Shown: positions 61,160-64,000 of the stretch, piece after piece
How positions within the stretch are numbered: position 1 is the first letter of the stretch
Layout of the letters: the number at the start of each line of letters is the position of its first letter
Position numbers and translations under genes: made by a program
The notes under the pieces: model-generated
Database searches by the model: none
What the model was told of the DNA's origin: nothing
Seen by the model: the letters and a program-made list of their open reading frames with translations, nothing else
Assembly: GCA_963760795.1 (NCBI GenBank)
Contig: CAVXEP010000028.1
Coordinates: 1 to 64,000, forward strand
Direction of reading: 5' to 3'
Length of the DNA stretch: 64,000 nucleotides
Origin: an uncultured delta proteobacterium
GTDB taxonomy: Bacteria; Desulfobacterota; Binatia; UBA9968

Positions 61160-62080
61160 TTAAGCCTCCAGATCCTCCGGCCGAAATGCAAGCTCGACTT
61201 CGGAGAAACCATTGCGAATGTTTTCCGTGAGCGCTGGCAGCGGGCTCGACTTTCGCACCGCCCTCAGGACTGAATCGTCGTAAGACGAGTTGCCGGATGA
61301 CTGGGCAATCTTGAGCCCGACTATTTCGCCGTTGTCTTTGATATTAAACTGCACTACGACTTTGATCTTGCTGCGCGGTCCCACCCACACCCAATTATTC
61401 TTAATCGTGCTCAGCATGCGATTTTGATAGATGACATAGTCCATCCCTTTGACTATCCCTGGGCCGCCACGACCGCCCGCTCCCAACGCCGATCCACCCA
61501 CCCCTTCGCCGGTGCCCGTGCTTAGCGCCTCTCCTTTTGACGCTTTCTGAGCGGTTCCAGTTCCCGCCGACGCTCGCTCAGCGGCGGCCTTGATCAACCG
61601 TTCACGCACGCTATCGGCGGAAGCAGTTTCAGTTCTATCCTCGTCTTTGGATTCTTTGGTCGGTTCTTTTTTCGCAGGCTCCTTTTTGGCCTTGTCGCGC
61701 AGTAGGACATGATCATCGTCAACAATTTTCTTTTCAGCGACTTTGGTTTTCTCGGCCTTTTCCTGGCGCAATTCTTTCTTCGGGACTGCGATCGGTGCTG
61801 GCGCTTCCGCCGCTTTCACATCATTTTTCACCGAACCGCTTAGCTCGGTTCCGAGGGAGGTGCGGCCAATGCGCTCGCCGCCGACCAAATCGACTGTGTA
61901 AATGGGCGTAGTCGGCAAACGCGGCGACGACTTAAACGGCGCGATGACAATCAATAGCGCCAGACCGACATGGACGATTAGGGAAACCGTAACCCACTTC
62001 GGTAGTCGTTCCTCGGCCCCGGCGAGGGGAAACGAGCGTTCACGCAAGTTAATGGTTGGAGAGGAATTATCTCCGGCCAT
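61160..62080 (-). CDS. tolA: TolA/TonB family protein
   Basis: Single TM with S-x3-H, Lys/Glu linker, C-terminal SSGNSSYDDSVLRAV; operon context. Confidence 0.85.
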   Translation of the reverse strand: MAGDNSSPTINLRERSFPLAGAEERLPKWVTVSLIVHVGLALLIVIAPFKSSPRLPTTPIYTVDLVGGERIGRTSLGTELSGSVKNDVKAAEAPAPIAVPKKELRQEKAEKTKVAEKKIVDDDHVLLRDKAKKEPAKKEPTKESKDEDRTETASADSVRERLIKAAAERASAGTGTAQKASKGEALSTGTGEGVGGSALGAGGRGGPGIVKGMDYVIYQNRMLSTIKNNWVWVGPRSKIKVVVQFNIKDNGEIVGLKIAQSSGNSSYDDSVLRAVRKSSPLPALTENIRNGFSEVELAFRPEDLEA

Positions 62081-62086
62081 CGACAA

Positions 62087-62503
62087 TCAGCCCTCTTCAG
62101 ACGGCGGCCGGGTGACCATGCCCAGCCTTTCAATGCCAGCCTGCTTGATTTCAGCAATGGTTTTCATCACCAGGCCGTAGCGGACATCTTGGTCGGCCCT
62201 TAAATAGACTTGCTTGTTCGGCTGGGATTTCGCAATCGCGCGCAATTTTATCCCGAGTTCGCCGAGGGTCATGACATTGTCGTTCAGATAGGTCTTGCCA
62301 TTCTTGGCCACGGTCACCACCAGATGTTCTTCGGTTCCGGGTATTGCACTGCTTCGCGCCGCCGGCAAATTCACCTGCACGCCCTGCTGGATGATCGGTG
62401 CCGTCACCATAAAAATCACCAGCAAAACCAGCATCACGTCGACCAGCGGCGTCACATTGATCGCCGCGATTGTTGCGCCATTGCGTTGGGACGATGCATC
62501 CAT
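62087..62503 (-). CDS. tolR: TolR
   Basis: INVTPLVDVMLVLLVIFMVTAP. Confidence 0.94.
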   Translation of the reverse strand: MDASSQRNGATIAAINVTPLVDVMLVLLVIFMVTAPIIQQGVQVNLPAARSSAIPGTEEHLVVTVAKNGKTYLNDNVMTLGELGIKLRAIAKSQPNKQVYLRADQDVRYGLVMKTIAEIKQAGIERLGMVTRPPSEEG

Positions 62504-62562
62504 GGCTATACCGTCTCCTAAAATTACTACCGACGATAATCCGATTATACGCTTTTATCTTC

Positions 62563-63306
62563 TCACTTGAAGAAGTGGCGTTCGGCGATATTGAGAAATT
62601 CGTGAGAAAAGTTGTCCATCTCCACGGCGACCACTTTGATCTGCTGGACAAAGTAATTATAGGCGATCAAGGCTGGAATCGCCGCACCCAACCCGACTGC
62701 GGTGGCGATCAGCGCCTCGGCGATCCCTGGAGCAACAGCTTGGATACTCGAAGACTGGGTGACACTCAGGCCGAGAAAAGCATTCATGATGCCCCAGACC
62801 GTGCCGAACAGTCCGACGAACGGCGCTGAACTTGCCGTCGTCGCCAGAAACGAGCAGTGCTTTTCCAATTTTGTGATCTCAACACTGGTCGCCCGCTGCA
62901 TCGCCCGCGAAACATTGTCGACCCCGCCCAACTCGGTGGTGAGATTTTCCCCCGGCGATGACTCCTTCTTCGAGCGCGACACCCGCACCAGCTCTTCGTA
63001 ACCCGCACGAAACACTTGCCCCACCGGACTCGACGCCAACTCACGGCTGGCATCGTGGATCGAAGACAGATTGCGCCGTTCCCAGAATATTTCGATGAAC
63101 TTAGCCGACTCCCGTTTGGCACGACGAATCTGCTGGAACTTCTGTGCGATAATGCCCCAACTCATGACCGAGAAAAAAACCAAAATATAGAGAATACCCT
63201 GCACGACCAGCCCGGAACCGCGCACCAAATCGAGAATTCCATGCTGGTGCGGCGCTGGTAGAGCGTTTTGCAGTGATAAATTAAACGACCGGAAAAAAGG
63301 CATCAC
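62563..63306 (-). CDS. tolQ: TolQ
   Basis: APFVGLFGTVWGIM, VAPGIAEALIATA. Confidence 0.94.
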   Translation of the reverse strand: MMPFFRSFNLSLQNALPAPHQHGILDLVRGSGLVVQGILYILVFFSVMSWGIIAQKFQQIRRAKRESAKFIEIFWERRNLSSIHDASRELASSPVGQVFRAGYEELVRVSRSKKESSPGENLTTELGGVDNVSRAMQRATSVEITKLEKHCSFLATTASSAPFVGLFGTVWGIMNAFLGLSVTQSSSIQAVAPGIAEALIATAVGLGAAIPALIAYNYFVQQIKVVAVEMDNFSHEFLNIAERHFFK

Positions 63307-63327
63307 GAGTTTTGCTGCGGATAATTG

Positions 63328-63357
63328 AAAAAGTATTACAAGCCTTGTAATTAGTCA
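63328..63357 (-). promoter_or_regulatory. tolQ promoter containing a perfect palindrome (candidate operator)
   Basis: TTGACT-N17-TACTTT with ATTACAAG-C-CTTGTAAT (63335-63351) filling the spacer. Confidence 0.55.
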
Positions 63358-63405
63358 ATTGAGAACACCTGTTTTAACAAAACTTTCCTGGGCGGAGACC
63401 GAACT

Positions 63406-64000
63406 ATGATTAGAAAACTCACCGAACTCGATCTGCATGACAAGACGGTTTTCCTGCGCGTCGACTTTAACGTGCCGATCAAAGACGGCAAAGTCGGCGA
63501 GCCTCATCGTATCGACAGCGCGCTACCGACCCTCCGCTTCATCTTGGAGCGCGCCAAGAAAGTTATTGTTGCCTCACACCTGGGCCGGCCCGACGGTAAA
63601 GTGGTCGAGAAATACAGCCTGGCGCCGGTGCAACGCCACCTGCAAGACTCCCTGAAACTTCCCGTCGCCATGGCCAGCGACTGCATCGGCCCGGCAGTCG
63701 AAAATCTGCTGCGCACGGGAGACGACAAAGTCGTGCTTCTGGAAAACCTCCGTTTCCACCCGGAAGAGGAAAAAAACGACGAGAATTTTTCCCGCACTCT
63801 GGCCGCCCTCGCCGACATTTACGTCGACGACGCCTTCGGCGCGGCCCACCGTGCGCACGCCTCGATTGCTGGCATGGCGAAATTTTTCAAGAACAAAGGC
63901 GCCGGCCTGCTCTTGCAGAAGGAATTGGACTATCTCGGACCGCTACTGACCAACCCAGCAAAGCCCTTCGTTACGATACTGGGCGGGGCAAAGGTTTCCG
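63406..64000 (+). CDS. pgk: phosphoglycerate kinase, 5' part
   Basis: Manual translation MIRKLTELDLHDKTVFLRVDFNVP..SHLGRP..LLENLRF..DAFGAAHRAHAS..GGAKVS; runs off the window. Confidence 0.95.
   Translation, partial: MIRKLTELDLHDKTVFLRVDFNVPIKDGKVGEPHRIDSALPTLRFILERAKKVIVASHLGRPDGKVVEKYSLAPVQRHLQDSLKLPVAMASDCIGPAVENLLRTGDDKVVLLENLRFHPEEEKNDENFSRTLAALADIYVDDAFGAAHRAHASIAGMAKFFKNKGAGLLLQKELDYLGPLLTNPAKPFVTILGGAKVS

Overview
This is a GC-rich bacterial chromosome segment. Gene order and protein families suggest a Deltaproteobacteria-like lineage, possibly Binatota (inference). 1-7.5 kb: mixed accessory genes (HpaB-family 5' end, RNase D, glutathione peroxidase, split chromate transporter, phosphatase, orphan ExeA-BON ATPase behind a sigma54/IHF promoter, NAD-IDH-like dehydrogenase). 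7.6-21.2 kb: a co-oriented island headed by an ECF42-type sigma factor. It carries four YciI/DGPF genes plus a remnant, five VOC/PhnB genes, SnoaL, DUF1801, SDR, TPR, DUF1428, GFA, a beta-propeller/ubiquitin-like pair, SRPBCC and DoxX, and three matching TGTCGA-N17-CGACTA promoters. 21-36 kb: catabolic and transport genes (VOC, cupin, CoA transferase, liv ABC transporter with a frameshifted livF, leuCD, M29-like and deacetylase-like genes). 36-64 kb: core genes (truA, asd, leuBA, pssA, psd, ilvCNB, tsaB, rseP, dxr, cdsA, uppS, frr, pyrH, tsf, rpsB, rho, rluD, ribF, tol-pal, pgk). Best novel candidate: a leucine attenuator whose control codons and antiterminator lie inside the 3' end of the full-length pssA gene, gating leuA-leuB. 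No CRISPR, tRNA, rRNA or intact transposase was seen. All calls are by eye, with no database searches.
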